A stretch of DNA of 64,000 nucleotides from Chitinophagales bacterium (GTDB lineage Bacteria; Bacteroidota; Bacteroidia; Chitinophagales; UBA2359). The position numbers were made by a program, and so were the translations under genes. The notes beneath the pieces were generated by a model. That model did not search any database. It saw only the letters and a program-made list of their open reading frames with translations, and was not told where the DNA came from. Numbering within the stretch: position 1 is the first letter of the stretch; every line of letters begins with the position of its first letter. The DNA is taken from NCBI GenBank assembly GCA_041392475.1, contig JAWKLZ010000003.1, positions 853,067 through 917,066 of the forward strand. Reading direction: 5' to 3'. Shown one piece after another: positions 30,888-40,600 of this stretch.

Positions 30888-33113
30888 ATGATTTATGTCA
30901 TTGCTGCAATAGTGTTATTTATCCTAATTTTGGTAACTGTATTTGCTGCAACAGCAGCTTTTTATCAAAAAGTGCCACAAGGAAAAGCCCTTGTCAAAAC
31001 AGGACGTGGCGGAACAGAAGTGTCCTTCAACGGCATGTGGGTCATTCCGATTTTCCACAAAAAAGAATGGATGGATATTTCTTTGAAGAAATTAGAAATT
31101 GAACGCATAGGCGAGGAGGGTTTGATTTGTAAGGACAATATGCGGGCAGACATCAAGGTCGTCTTTTTTGTGCGGGTCAATCCAACCAAAGAGGATGTAG
31201 TGAAAGTAGCACAAACCATTGGTTGTGAACGTGCTTCTGATACTGAAACTTTGATTAGTCTTTTTGAAGCCAAGTTTTCGGAGGCATTGAAGAGTGTAGG
31301 TAAGCGGTTTGATTTTGTAGAACTCTACAATTCTAGGGAAGAATTTCGTAAAGAAATTGTGGAAGTGATTGGACCTGAAGATTTGAACGGCTATGTATTG
31401 GACGATTCTGCAATTGACTTTTTGGAACAAACACCTGTTTCTTACCTCAAAGCAGACAATATTTTGGATGCCCAAGGTATCAAGAAAATTGCGGATCTAA
31501 CTGCCGTAGAGCATGTTGCAGCCAACTTGATTCGCAGGGAAGAAGAAAAGACCATCAAAAAACAAGATGTAGAAGCTAGAGAAGCAATTTTGGAATTAGA
31601 GCGACAATTGGCTGGAAAAGAGGCGGTTCAGGAAAGAGAAATTGCAGCGATTCAAGCGAGAGAAACCGCAGAACGTCAGAAGATAGAACAAGAGGAAAAA
31701 TTGAAGTCGGAACGTGCAAGGATTGCCACGGAAGAAGAAGTAGCAATTGCAGAACAAAACAAACAACGCCAGGTGATTGTAGCAGAGAAGCAGAAAGAAA
31801 AAGTAGAGGCAATCGAAACGGAAAAGGTCATTAAAGAACGCGAATTGGAGGTGACTGAGCGTGAAAAAGTAGTGACTTTGGCACAAATTGCAAAGGAGAA
31901 AGCAGTGGAGGAGGAGCGTAAAAATATTCAAGATGTTATCAGAGAAAGGGTAGTTGTGGAACGAGCAGTGGTGGAAGAAGAGGAGAAAATCAAAGATACC
32001 AAAGCTTTTGCAGATGCAGATAGGAGCAAACAGGTGGCTTTGACCAAGGCATCGGAGTTGGCTGAAGAGGCTTTATTGACCACAACGAAAGCAGCAGAAG
32101 CGGATAAATTGGCGGCAGAAGTGCAGGCTCAAAAACGAATGATTGATGCCGAGGCTGCAAAAAATGCGTCGGTGAAAGATGCGGAGGCTATCAAAATTTT
32201 GGCGGATGCAAAGGCTCATGAGGAGGCTGCAATTGGCAAGTCTGAGGCGCAAGTGATTGAAGCGAAGGCAAATGCTGCTGAGAAACAAGGTATGGTAGAA
32301 GCCATTTTGATTGAGCAAAAAGCATTGGCAGAATCTAAAGCGATTGAATCAAAAGCTGCTGCTCACAAAAAACAAGGAATGATTGAAGCCGAAGTGTTTG
32401 AATCACAGGGCTTGGCAGAGGCAAAGGTGATTGAAGAACAAGGTAAAGCTGAAGCAATGAAGATTGAAGGTTTGGCAGTAGCGGAAGCGAAGGGGATGGA
32501 AAGAAAGGCCTTAGCAGAAGCGAAAGGCTTGGAACAGAAAGGTTTGGCAGAGGCATTGGGCGTGAAGGAAATGGGATTGGCAGAAGCGGCTGGCATTGAG
32601 CAAAAAGCGGAAGCGATGAAAAAATTGGACGGCGTGGGCAAAGAGCATGAGGAATTCAAATTGAAGTTGGAGAAACAAAAAGCCATCGAATTGGCTGCAA
32701 TTGAAGTCCAAAAAGCCGTTGCAGAAGCACAAGCTAAAGCTTTAGCAGAAGCCTTCAAATCTACGAAAATTGACATCGTGGGTGGTGAAACCATGTTCTA
32801 CGAAAATGTGATGAAAGCCATTGGACGTGGCAAAACGCTTGACCAATTCATTGACAATAGCAAAAACTTGACGAGCTTGAAAAACAACTTGTTGGGTGAT
32901 GGCAGTGAGCCGATTATCGAGCAGTTACGCAATTTTGTGGGGCAGTTCAATGTGAGCAGTGAGGACATCAAAAACTTGAGTATTGCGAATTTGATTTACA
33001 AAATGAGCAATATGACGGACGACAAATCACAAAAGGGCATCTTGCAGCAGTTGTTGGCGATGGCGAAGAAAATGGGATTGGAGGACGAAACGGCTGATAA
33101 GATTGGGCTGTAA
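30888..33113 (+). CDS. flotillin-like SPFH/band-7 protein (YqiK-like) with expanded E/A/K-rich coiled-coil repeat region
   Basis: N-terminal TM helix plus SPFH domain (KTGRGG...), a long coiled-coil with 11-residue GLAEAKxxExK repeats, and a flotillin C-terminus. Confidence 0.85.
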   Translation: MIYVIAAIVLFILILVTVFAATAAFYQKVPQGKALVKTGRGGTEVSFNGMWVIPIFHKKEWMDISLKKLEIERIGEEGLICKDNMRADIKVVFFVRVNPTKEDVVKVAQTIGCERASDTETLISLFEAKFSEALKSVGKRFDFVELYNSREEFRKEIVEVIGPEDLNGYVLDDSAIDFLEQTPVSYLKADNILDAQGIKKIADLTAVEHVAANLIRREEEKTIKKQDVEAREAILELERQLAGKEAVQEREIAAIQARETAERQKIEQEEKLKSERARIATEEEVAIAEQNKQRQVIVAEKQKEKVEAIETEKVIKERELEVTEREKVVTLAQIAKEKAVEEERKNIQDVIRERVVVERAVVEEEEKIKDTKAFADADRSKQVALTKASELAEEALLTTTKAAEADKLAAEVQAQKRMIDAEAAKNASVKDAEAIKILADAKAHEEAAIGKSEAQVIEAKANAAEKQGMVEAILIEQKALAESKAIESKAAAHKKQGMIEAEVFESQGLAEAKVIEEQGKAEAMKIEGLAVAEAKGMERKALAEAKGLEQKGLAEALGVKEMGLAEAAGIEQKAEAMKKLDGVGKEHEEFKLKLEKQKAIELAAIEVQKAVAEAQAKALAEAFKSTKIDIVGGETMFYENVMKAIGRGKTLDQFIDNSKNLTSLKNNLLGDGSEPIIEQLRNFVGQFNVSSEDIKNLSIANLIYKMSNMTDDKSQKGILQQLLAMAKKMGLEDETADKIGL

Positions 33114-33141
33114 GAATTGATATTGGAAAATTAAAATTTGT

Positions 33142-33177
33142 GAGGTGTTGGGCTTAATGAAGTTCAACACCTTTTTT
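33142..33177 (+). terminator. rho-independent terminator after the flotillin gene
   Basis: aggtgttg / 14-nt loop / caacacct followed by TTTTTTT. Confidence 0.65.
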
Positions 33178-33254
33178 TGTGGGTAAAAAATAATCCCATT
33201 CATCGCTTAGTTTTTTTAATTTTATGACCTTCTTTCATATTTCAAACAAATACA

Positions 33255-34271
33255 ATGAAACAAACAAGACGCATTTTTATCAAAAAGACAGGGCAAGTTG
33301 TTGCAGGTTTAGGCTTGGTATCAGGTATTCCATTGATTTCAAGTTGTGGTAGTCCTTCTGCAAATGTGGATCAAGAGTTGGAAAAAGGAGCTGAAAAAGA
33401 AGTGGAAAAAGCAAGTACTGGAGAATTGTTCTTCAAAATTTCCTTGGCACAGTGGTCTTTGAACAAAAGCCTTTTTGCAGGAGAAATGGACAACCTTGAT
33501 TTTGCTGCAAAAGCCAAAAACGACTTTGGCATTGAAGCGGTTGAGTATGTCAATCAGTTTTTCAAAGACAAAGCTGAAGACCAAACATATTTGGCTGAGA
33601 TGAAAAAACGGGCAGCCGATAATGGTGTAAAAAGCCTTTTGATTATGATTGACGGAGAAGGGGGATTGGGCGATACGGATGATGCCAAACGAAAGCAAGC
33701 GGTTGAAAATCACTACAAATGGGTGGAAGCAGCCAAGTTTTTGGGCTGTCATTCGATTCGGGTCAATGCTTATGGGGAAGGAACGGCTGCTGATGTTGCA
33801 AAAGCTGCAGTAGATGGTTTGGGGAGTTTGGCTGAATTTGCTGCAAAATCAGGAATGAATGTGATTGTAGAAAACCACGGAGGATATTCTTCTAATGGTA
33901 TGTGGCTCACCAATGTTATGAATGAAATTCACCGAACAAACTGCGGCACATTGCCCGATTTTGGCAATTTCTGCTTGAAGCAAACACAAGAAGAAAATTG
34001 GCAAGACCGCAAGTGTTTGGACGAATACGACCGCTATAAAGGGGTGCGTGAAATGATGCCGTTGGCAAAAGCGGTCAGCGCAAAAACCCACGATTTTGAC
34101 GAAAACGGCAATGAAACCCATACAGACTACAAAAAAATGATGCAAATCGTGAAGGATGCGGGTTATACAGGTTATGTTGGAGTAGAATATGAAGGTAGAG
34201 AGATGCCAGCAGAGGATGGGATTAGAGCTACTAAGGCTTTGTTGGAGAGAGTCGGTAAGGAGTTGAGTTAG
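33255..34271 (+). CDS. xylose isomerase-like TIM-barrel protein (sugar phosphate isomerase/epimerase family), probably Tat-exported
   Basis: N-terminal [17 protein letters not shown] Tat-like signal ending in SSCGS. A body of about 300 aa with the conserved Glu/His pattern of AP-endonuclease 2/xylose isomerase-like barrels. Confidence 0.6.
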   Translation: MKQTRRIFIKKTGQVVAGLGLVSGIPLISSCGSPSANVDQELEKGAEKEVEKASTGELFFKISLAQWSLNKSLFAGEMDNLDFAAKAKNDFGIEAVEYVNQFFKDKAEDQTYLAEMKKRAADNGVKSLLIMIDGEGGLGDTDDAKRKQAVENHYKWVEAAKFLGCHSIRVNAYGEGTAADVAKAAVDGLGSLAEFAAKSGMNVIVENHGGYSSNGMWLTNVMNEIHRTNCGTLPDFGNFCLKQTQEENWQDRKCLDEYDRYKGVREMMPLAKAVSAKTHDFDENGNETHTDYKKMMQIVKDAGYTGYVGVEYEGREMPAEDGIRATKALLERVGKELS

Positions 34272-34341
34272 AGGTAAGACATATAGAAGACAGATGCAAG
34301 AACCAAGACAGGATGGTTTTGGCATAAAATTCGCAGGAATT

Positions 34342-34392
34342 GCTCAATAGCGGTGGGTTTCGAAATCCACCGCTATTGAGCATTTTTTTTTT
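34342..34392 (+). terminator. strong rho-independent terminator
   Basis: 15-bp perfect stem gctcaatagcggtgg / tccaccgctattgagc followed by a T10 run. Confidence 0.85.
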
Positions 34393-34451
34393 AGGCTCAA
34401 CCACATCCACCTCTCCAGTCTCTTTTTTTAATTGTTTGAACCCTGCAAATA

Positions 34452-35126
34452 ATGATTCAGAAGATAAAAACATTGGCGAAAGGCAACCCCCAATTGAAGA
34501 GATTTTTACTCCGATTGTTGATTCCCAAAAACGATTTTCGTCCTCGCTGGTGGGTGCGTAATTTTTGGAATCCATTGAAACACAAGCGTGGTAAGAATGT
34601 GATCATTAGAAGGGATACTCGTTTAGATGTCTTGCCCTTCAACCAGTTCACCATTGACGACCGTTCGCTGATTGAATCCTTTGCAGTGGTCAATAATGGC
34701 TTGGGCGATGTACATATCGGCAAAGATACCCTCATTGGTTTGTCCAATTCCTTGATTGGCCCGCTTCGAGTCGGCAATGATGTCATGTTTGCCCAAAATG
34801 TGATTTTGTCGGGATTGAATCATGGTTATGAAGACATCACAACCCCAATTCGCCAACAAAAATGCACAACCAGCGAAATTGTGGTAGAAGACAATGTTTG
34901 GATTGGGGCAAATGCCATTGTTACAGCAGGGGTTCGCATCGGTAAAAACTCTATCGTTGCAGCGGGAAGTGTGGTTACAAAAGATGTACCGTTTTATACG
35001 ATTGTAGCTGGAAATCCTGCCAAACCCATAAAGCAATACAACTTTGAAACGGAAACTTGGGAGCGAATCAATACTACCGCCAAATCAAGCGAAAAGTCAA
35101 ATTTTAGCTTAAAAACGGAGCATTAG
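34452..35126 (+). CDS. hexapeptide-repeat (LbH) acyltransferase, sugar O-acetyltransferase-like
   Basis: Tandem hexapeptide repeats [33 protein letters not shown]...GNPAKPIK at the C-terminus. Confidence 0.75.
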   Translation: MIQKIKTLAKGNPQLKRFLLRLLIPKNDFRPRWWVRNFWNPLKHKRGKNVIIRRDTRLDVLPFNQFTIDDRSLIESFAVVNNGLGDVHIGKDTLIGLSNSLIGPLRVGNDVMFAQNVILSGLNHGYEDITTPIRQQKCTTSEIVVEDNVWIGANAIVTAGVRIGKNSIVAAGSVVTKDVPFYTIVAGNPAKPIKQYNFETETWERINTTAKSSEKSNFSLKTEH

Positions 35127-35129
35127 ACA

Positions 35130-35476
35130 AATATCCCTCCTAATACTTCAATTCTTTTGTTCAAATCTTGATTGTCCCTAACTGCACCACCACCAAAATC
35201 AGTTTCTATCGTTTCAGGAGCTACAATATTGGCTCTTATATTCCTTTCTCCCAATTCTTTAGCTTAATATTGGGTAAGTGCTTCCAGCCCGCCTTTCATA
35301 GTAGCATAAGCTGCGTATCCAGGGAATGAAAAACGAGTAAGTCCCGAAGAAATATTGACAATACTACCGCCATCATTCATCAGTGGCAGAATTTTTTGAG
35401 TTAAGAAAAAAGGTGCTTTTAGGTGAATATCTACCATCGAGTCAATAGATATTGTAGCCATTTGTCTTGTTTGCAA
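35130..35476 (-). pseudogene. SDR-family oxidoreductase remnant (N-terminus deleted, internal frameshift)
   Basis: The 70-aa ORF contains the SDR active-site region (NISSG...YAAYATMKGG). Its C-terminal continuation IRANIVAPETIETDFGGGAVRDNQ... sits in another frame at 35130..35262. No Rossmann TGxxxGIG N-terminus lies upstream. Confidence 0.7.
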
Positions 35477-35531
35477 AATTCACCAAGATAAGACAAGAAC
35501 TCGATTTATAAAAAACAAACAGAAATTTGGT

Positions 35532-37628
35532 TTAGACCTCCATCTCCAAAGTCCGCATCAAAAACCGCATTTCGTAGTCCAAATCGTCAATTGTTTGTTG
35601 TACCGATTTGCCCGAACCATGACCGCTATCGTAGTCGATATAGAGCATAATCGGATTGATTTGTCCCGTATTGTTTTGAAGGGCAGCTACCATTTTTTTG
35701 GCGTGAAGTGGATCTACACGAGTATCATTTTCACCCGCTTTGAATAAAGTAGTCGGCAAATTCACTCCCATTCGGATGTTGTGGTAAGGAGAGTAGGAGA
35801 GTAGATAGCGGAAATCGGCCTCTATATCAGGGTCTCCATATTCTGGAATCCAATAGCGGGCAATCAAGAACTTATGGTAGCGAATCATATCCAATAAAGG
35901 AACGGAACATATTGCTGCTTGAAACAAATCTGGGCGTTGGGTGATGACCGCACCAATCAACAAACCGCCATTGCTGCCCCCTTCAATGGCCAATTTTTTG
36001 GTATTGGTGTATTGTTGTTCAATCAAATATTCACTTGCTGCAATGAAATCATCAAAGCAGTTTTGTTTTTTGAACTGCATTCCGTCTTTGTGCCAATTCT
36101 CGCCATATTCATCACCGCCTCTGATGCAAGCTAAGGCAAAAATGCCTCCTCGATTGATAAATGGCGCATAAGCTCCCACAAAAACAGGATACCGCCCAAC
36201 ATTGAAGCCGCCGTAGGCAGTCAGTCGAACAGGATTGTTGCCGTCCAATTGAAGGTCTTTTTGGTGTACCAAAAACAAAGGCACTTTTGTGCCATCCTTT
36301 GAAGGATAAAACACCAATTTGGATTCTATGTTGCTCATATCCATAGGTGTCTCCTGCTGATGGAAAAAAGTCCACTCCAGAGTGCTGCCATCCAATTTGT
36401 AAATAATTGCTGGATTGGTGAAGCTCGAAATATGAACAAAAACGGTATTGGAGTAATGGTGATAACCCAAAGAAGATACATTTCCTTCAATGGGTAACGG
36501 CAATTCTTTCAGCAACTTTCCCTCTTTGGAATAGACAAAGAGACGACTCAATACATCCTTTTTTTCTTGTGTGATGATGAAGTCTTTGGTGACTTGATAA
36601 CCTTGCAGTACGATGTCCGCTTTTTCGTCAATCAATTCCCGCCAATGCTCAAAAGTAGCCTGTGATTTGTCGGCCACCATCAGCTTGAAGTTGGGGGCTT
36701 CGTGATTGGTGAAAAAGTAAATGTTGTCGCCAATGGCATTGGGGTGTGCTTGGGATTCTTTGCTGCTAAACAACTCAATGCTTGCTTGTTCGGCAGAATT
36801 GCGAAAAGGTAACATGCGTATGGTATTGGAATTGAAGTCGGCTTCCGAAATGAAACTGACATCGCTGTGTTTAGCATCCCAAATACTCGTGAAATCTTTG
36901 GCATCTTTGGGTGCAATGAGGAAAATGTCTTCACTGTGAGGTCTGCCGAGTTGGTGGCGGTATGTTCGGAGTGGTATTTGTTTTTCGAGCATTTCCATGC
37001 TACCTTTTGTGATGTAGGCGTGTTTGCCATCTCTGCACCAATTGAAGCCTCGAAGATTGGGAATGGGGTCAAAAAGTTGTTTGCCTGTTTCTATATCTAA
37101 TACATAACAGGTCTGAATCTCTGCGCCTTTTGTTTGGCAGCCAATCGCTATTGTATCGTTTTGATGGTTGATAGATAGGCTCAAAATGGCGGTTTGCCCC
37201 TCAGGATCTATGCTGGTCGGGTCAAACAATACCTTTTCTTTTCCTTCAATGATGGTAAACAACGTGTGTTGGGCTTCTCCTTTTTTGCGGCGGTAGAAAA
37301 ACTGCTTGTCGCCTCGAAAAAAGACGGAACTGGTTATGTCTCGATTGATATATGCCTCCAATTCTTCTTCCAGACCTTCAATGGGTGGACAATTGGCATC
37401 CAAATAATCAAGGGTTGCATCGTGTTGATCGGCAGTCCATTCGATAACCGTTTCATCGTTTTTGTCTTCGAGCCATTGGTAACAATCGGTTAGTCGTGTG
37501 CCATGTAGTTCGTCAATGATGGGTTGGGAAGGGGTGACTGGGGGATTGAAGGGAACAGAATCATTGAGGTTTAACATATCAAGAAGATAAAATTTTGATA
37601 ATAGTGGATTGTTTATTAAGAGTTGCAA
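35532..37628 (-). CDS. prolyl oligopeptidase family serine peptidase (S9A)
   Basis: N-terminal beta-propeller region and a C-terminal alpha/beta hydrolase with GGSNGGLL nucleophile motif and a D...H region (NDTRVDPLHAKK). Confidence 0.85.
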   Translation of the reverse strand: MQLLINNPLLSKFYLLDMLNLNDSVPFNPPVTPSQPIIDELHGTRLTDCYQWLEDKNDETVIEWTADQHDATLDYLDANCPPIEGLEEELEAYINRDITSSVFFRGDKQFFYRRKKGEAQHTLFTIIEGKEKVLFDPTSIDPEGQTAILSLSINHQNDTIAIGCQTKGAEIQTCYVLDIETGKQLFDPIPNLRGFNWCRDGKHAYITKGSMEMLEKQIPLRTYRHQLGRPHSEDIFLIAPKDAKDFTSIWDAKHSDVSFISEADFNSNTIRMLPFRNSAEQASIELFSSKESQAHPNAIGDNIYFFTNHEAPNFKLMVADKSQATFEHWRELIDEKADIVLQGYQVTKDFIITQEKKDVLSRLFVYSKEGKLLKELPLPIEGNVSSLGYHHYSNTVFVHISSFTNPAIIYKLDGSTLEWTFFHQQETPMDMSNIESKLVFYPSKDGTKVPLFLVHQKDLQLDGNNPVRLTAYGGFNVGRYPVFVGAYAPFINRGGIFALACIRGGDEYGENWHKDGMQFKKQNCFDDFIAASEYLIEQQYTNTKKLAIEGGSNGGLLIGAVITQRPDLFQAAICSVPLLDMIRYHKFLIARYWIPEYGDPDIEADFRYLLSYSPYHNIRMGVNLPTTLFKAGENDTRVDPLHAKKMVAALQNNTGQINPIMLYIDYDSGHGSGKSVQQTIDDLDYEMRFLMRTLEMEV

Positions 37629-37644
37629 AAGTACGATTATTGTT

Positions 37645-40600
37645 CTACTTCTTCACTACTTTCCTTGTCCAACCCCCCTTTTTACCGCTCAATTGCAGTA
37701 CATACACACCACTTTGTAGGGTTTTCCAGTCTAATATCTCTGTATTTTTTTGTAGGAGTGTAGAAAAAATCAATTTACCTTGAATGTTATACAATTGCAG
37801 TAAACCACCCTTTAATCCTTCAATCACCAATTCATCCTCAAAAGGATTGGGATAGACTTCAATAATTGGAATTTGAGGATTTGAAGCAATGTTGGTGATA
37901 AGCACTTGTGTAGAAGTTGTTGAAATACAGCCATATTCATCGGTAGTTGTGACGGTGTAAGTACCGTTTGCAGTGACGGTGATAGAAGGAGTGTTTTCAC
38001 CTGTGTTCCAAGCATATTCCACAAAATTTCCTGCCACCGATAACACTGCCATTTCTTCACTGGAACTTACTTCAATTTTGGGAACTTCGGCTGCTTTAAT
38101 GGCAATTTCGGCTCGCCAAATACAGCCGTTTTCATCTTCATAATCCACATAATAATTGCCTGCTGCTGTAATGGTTAAAGTCTGTTTAATAGAGGTATTC
38201 CCCGACCAGATATAAGACACATAACCAGAAGGGGCTAGCAAAATCATATCTTCACCATCACAAAGTATCGTATTGGTGCTAGAAGTAAAAATAATATCTT
38301 TGGGGTCTTCGGCTTCCACGATTTCAATTTCATCCGTTGCCGTACAGCCATTGTAGTCCGTCACTATCACCGAGTAAACACCTGCTTCACTTACCCCTAA
38401 AATATGGCTGTTGGCATTCGGAACGTTCCATTGATAAGCTGCAAAAATTTCGGGTACTTCTAAGACCAATAAATCATCTGGACACAAAACCGTATTGCCT
38501 TCAATTTGCACCTCTGGATTGCTTACAATTACATCGTATTCGTTGGAAGTGTAAGTACATTCACCGTCTGAATATTCAAAGACAATCGTACTGATTCCGT
38601 CTTGAAAAATAGAGCTAAAGATGCTGCTGCCTTCAACATTCGTAATACTTCCATCTGGATTGTAGATAGTAAAACTACCATTCGCAACAGGGGCTTCAAT
38701 CAACATTGGATTGCTTCCACAATAAGTATCAATAATGTCCAAAACAGGTATTTCGCCAGCGCAAACTGTTTTGCAAGTCAACGAGGAAGAAACTTGCTCA
38801 CAAGAGCCTTTGGGAACGACTACTACTTCTATACTGACCACTTGTTCGGGCGACAAATTCTCAAAGGTAAACTCGCTTACGTTGCCCTCCAATTGGTGCA
38901 ACAAAACACCATCGCCATAAATCAAATAAGCCTCCACATCCGATTCGTTCACTTCCCAATCAAAGCGAATACTGTTTGCATCGGATTCACAACTGATAGG
39001 AAAATTTTCGGGAATTTGTGCATAAACACGAATCAATTGACTAATCGTAGTGGATGCACAACCATCCTCCAACACCTTCAATGTGATGTGCTTCTCACCT
39101 GGTGTATCCCATGAAACAATAGGGTTTTGAGGCGTTCCATTGAAATTGCCGCCGCTAAAATTCCAAATATAATCTCCTTCTGTTGGCGCAGCATTTATTT
39201 GAATCGCATCTCCTACACAAACTTCTGTCAAATCAATGCTTTCGATGGCTGCAATGGGTTGATGAATCGTTGTAGGAACTTCTACGGTAAAAACACAGCC
39301 CGTTTCGTTGTCCGTAATGGTATAATATATCACAAAATCTCCTCCACCCAATTGCGAGGGCTGGAAAACATTGACATGGTAAGTTGGCCCTCCAATTTGT
39401 TCTATCGCAAACATTCCTCCCCCAATATTTGCTTGAAACTGAATAGCAGGGTCGGTGATACAATAATTGGATTGAAGGTTGGTGATTTCCAAATTTTCAT
39501 ATAGAGGGGCTATCGCAAAACAAGTCGAAAATCGAACTTGCAAAACTACTTCATTGTTGTCCTCACAATCTTCTGCAATGGTATTGTTGGGGTCAATTTG
39601 TACAAAATATTCATATACTTCTCCTTCAATGGTTGATTCCAAATAAGGCAAATCAATGATATAAATTTTTTCGTAGAATGGACTGACCACACTCTTTTCT
39701 GCAATCAATTCCATTTCGGTTTCACCTAAAATTCGCCTCGAAACTTGAAGGGTAAAATTTTCTTCAATCGCCTTGCCAAGATTTGTCACTCTCACCTTCA
39801 ATTGAAGATTTCCTTCCTTGTCTTCTACTTCAATGATTTCGTTTTGAGGCTGCAATAAAAGGTTGTCTGTAGTGAAAATCTGTATATCATCTCGCTTTTC
39901 GGTTTTGCGGACATAACCGTTTGCTTTGTCTATGAAAGAATAATCGTAATTGTTGTCGATGACATATTCGGGGCGGTCAAACCCTCCTCCGATGATGAGG
40001 GCAGGGTCGCCTTCAAAGACAAATGTTTGAATAGCCGCTTTGATTCTATCGTGGTTTTGGTCATTTGGATTGGCGATGTAAATATTTTCGATGGTTTCCT
40101 TTAGGCATTTTCCAATAGGCTGATGGTAGTTGTTTTTACTGAATTGTTTGTAAAGTTCGGTCAAGTAGGCATCCGATCCTTCCCAAAAATCAAAGCTCAA
40201 TTCACCCAAAAATCCAATCGCACCTTTATTTGGAGCAGATACCCAAGATTCTGATAAAGATTTAGTGGAACTAGTTGACTTAAAAACATTACCCACAAAA
40301 GCAGCGGCTGAAAAGATGACGGGAAATCGAGGAGCAGGTTGATTGTAATTAGTTGGGTCTTCCAAAATATCGGTCTTCCAATTTATGCCACTAGCCTGTC
40401 CAGAAAATTGAAAGACACTGATTCCTTGTTCTATAAATGGAGTAGTATGGAAATCTTCGGAATAGTTTTTATGAGATTGTTGGTCCAGTATTTTTGCTCC
40501 AAAAGGCTTTGCAGTGAGTGCATCTTCATAGTCGTCTAAAAAAGCACTGATTTGCATAACTTGGAAGTCATCATCTCCATTGTTTTGAAACAAAGCGTGT

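Noticed and set aside
31576-32794. Several 70-143-aa minus-strand ORFs (for example 32363..32794, 31596..31931) inside the flotillin gene
   Set aside because: They lie antisense to a strongly supported flotillin CDS in its low-complexity GAA/GCA-rich coiled-coil region. The translated products are pure low-complexity (S/A/F/L-rich), and there is no independent start or RBS context.
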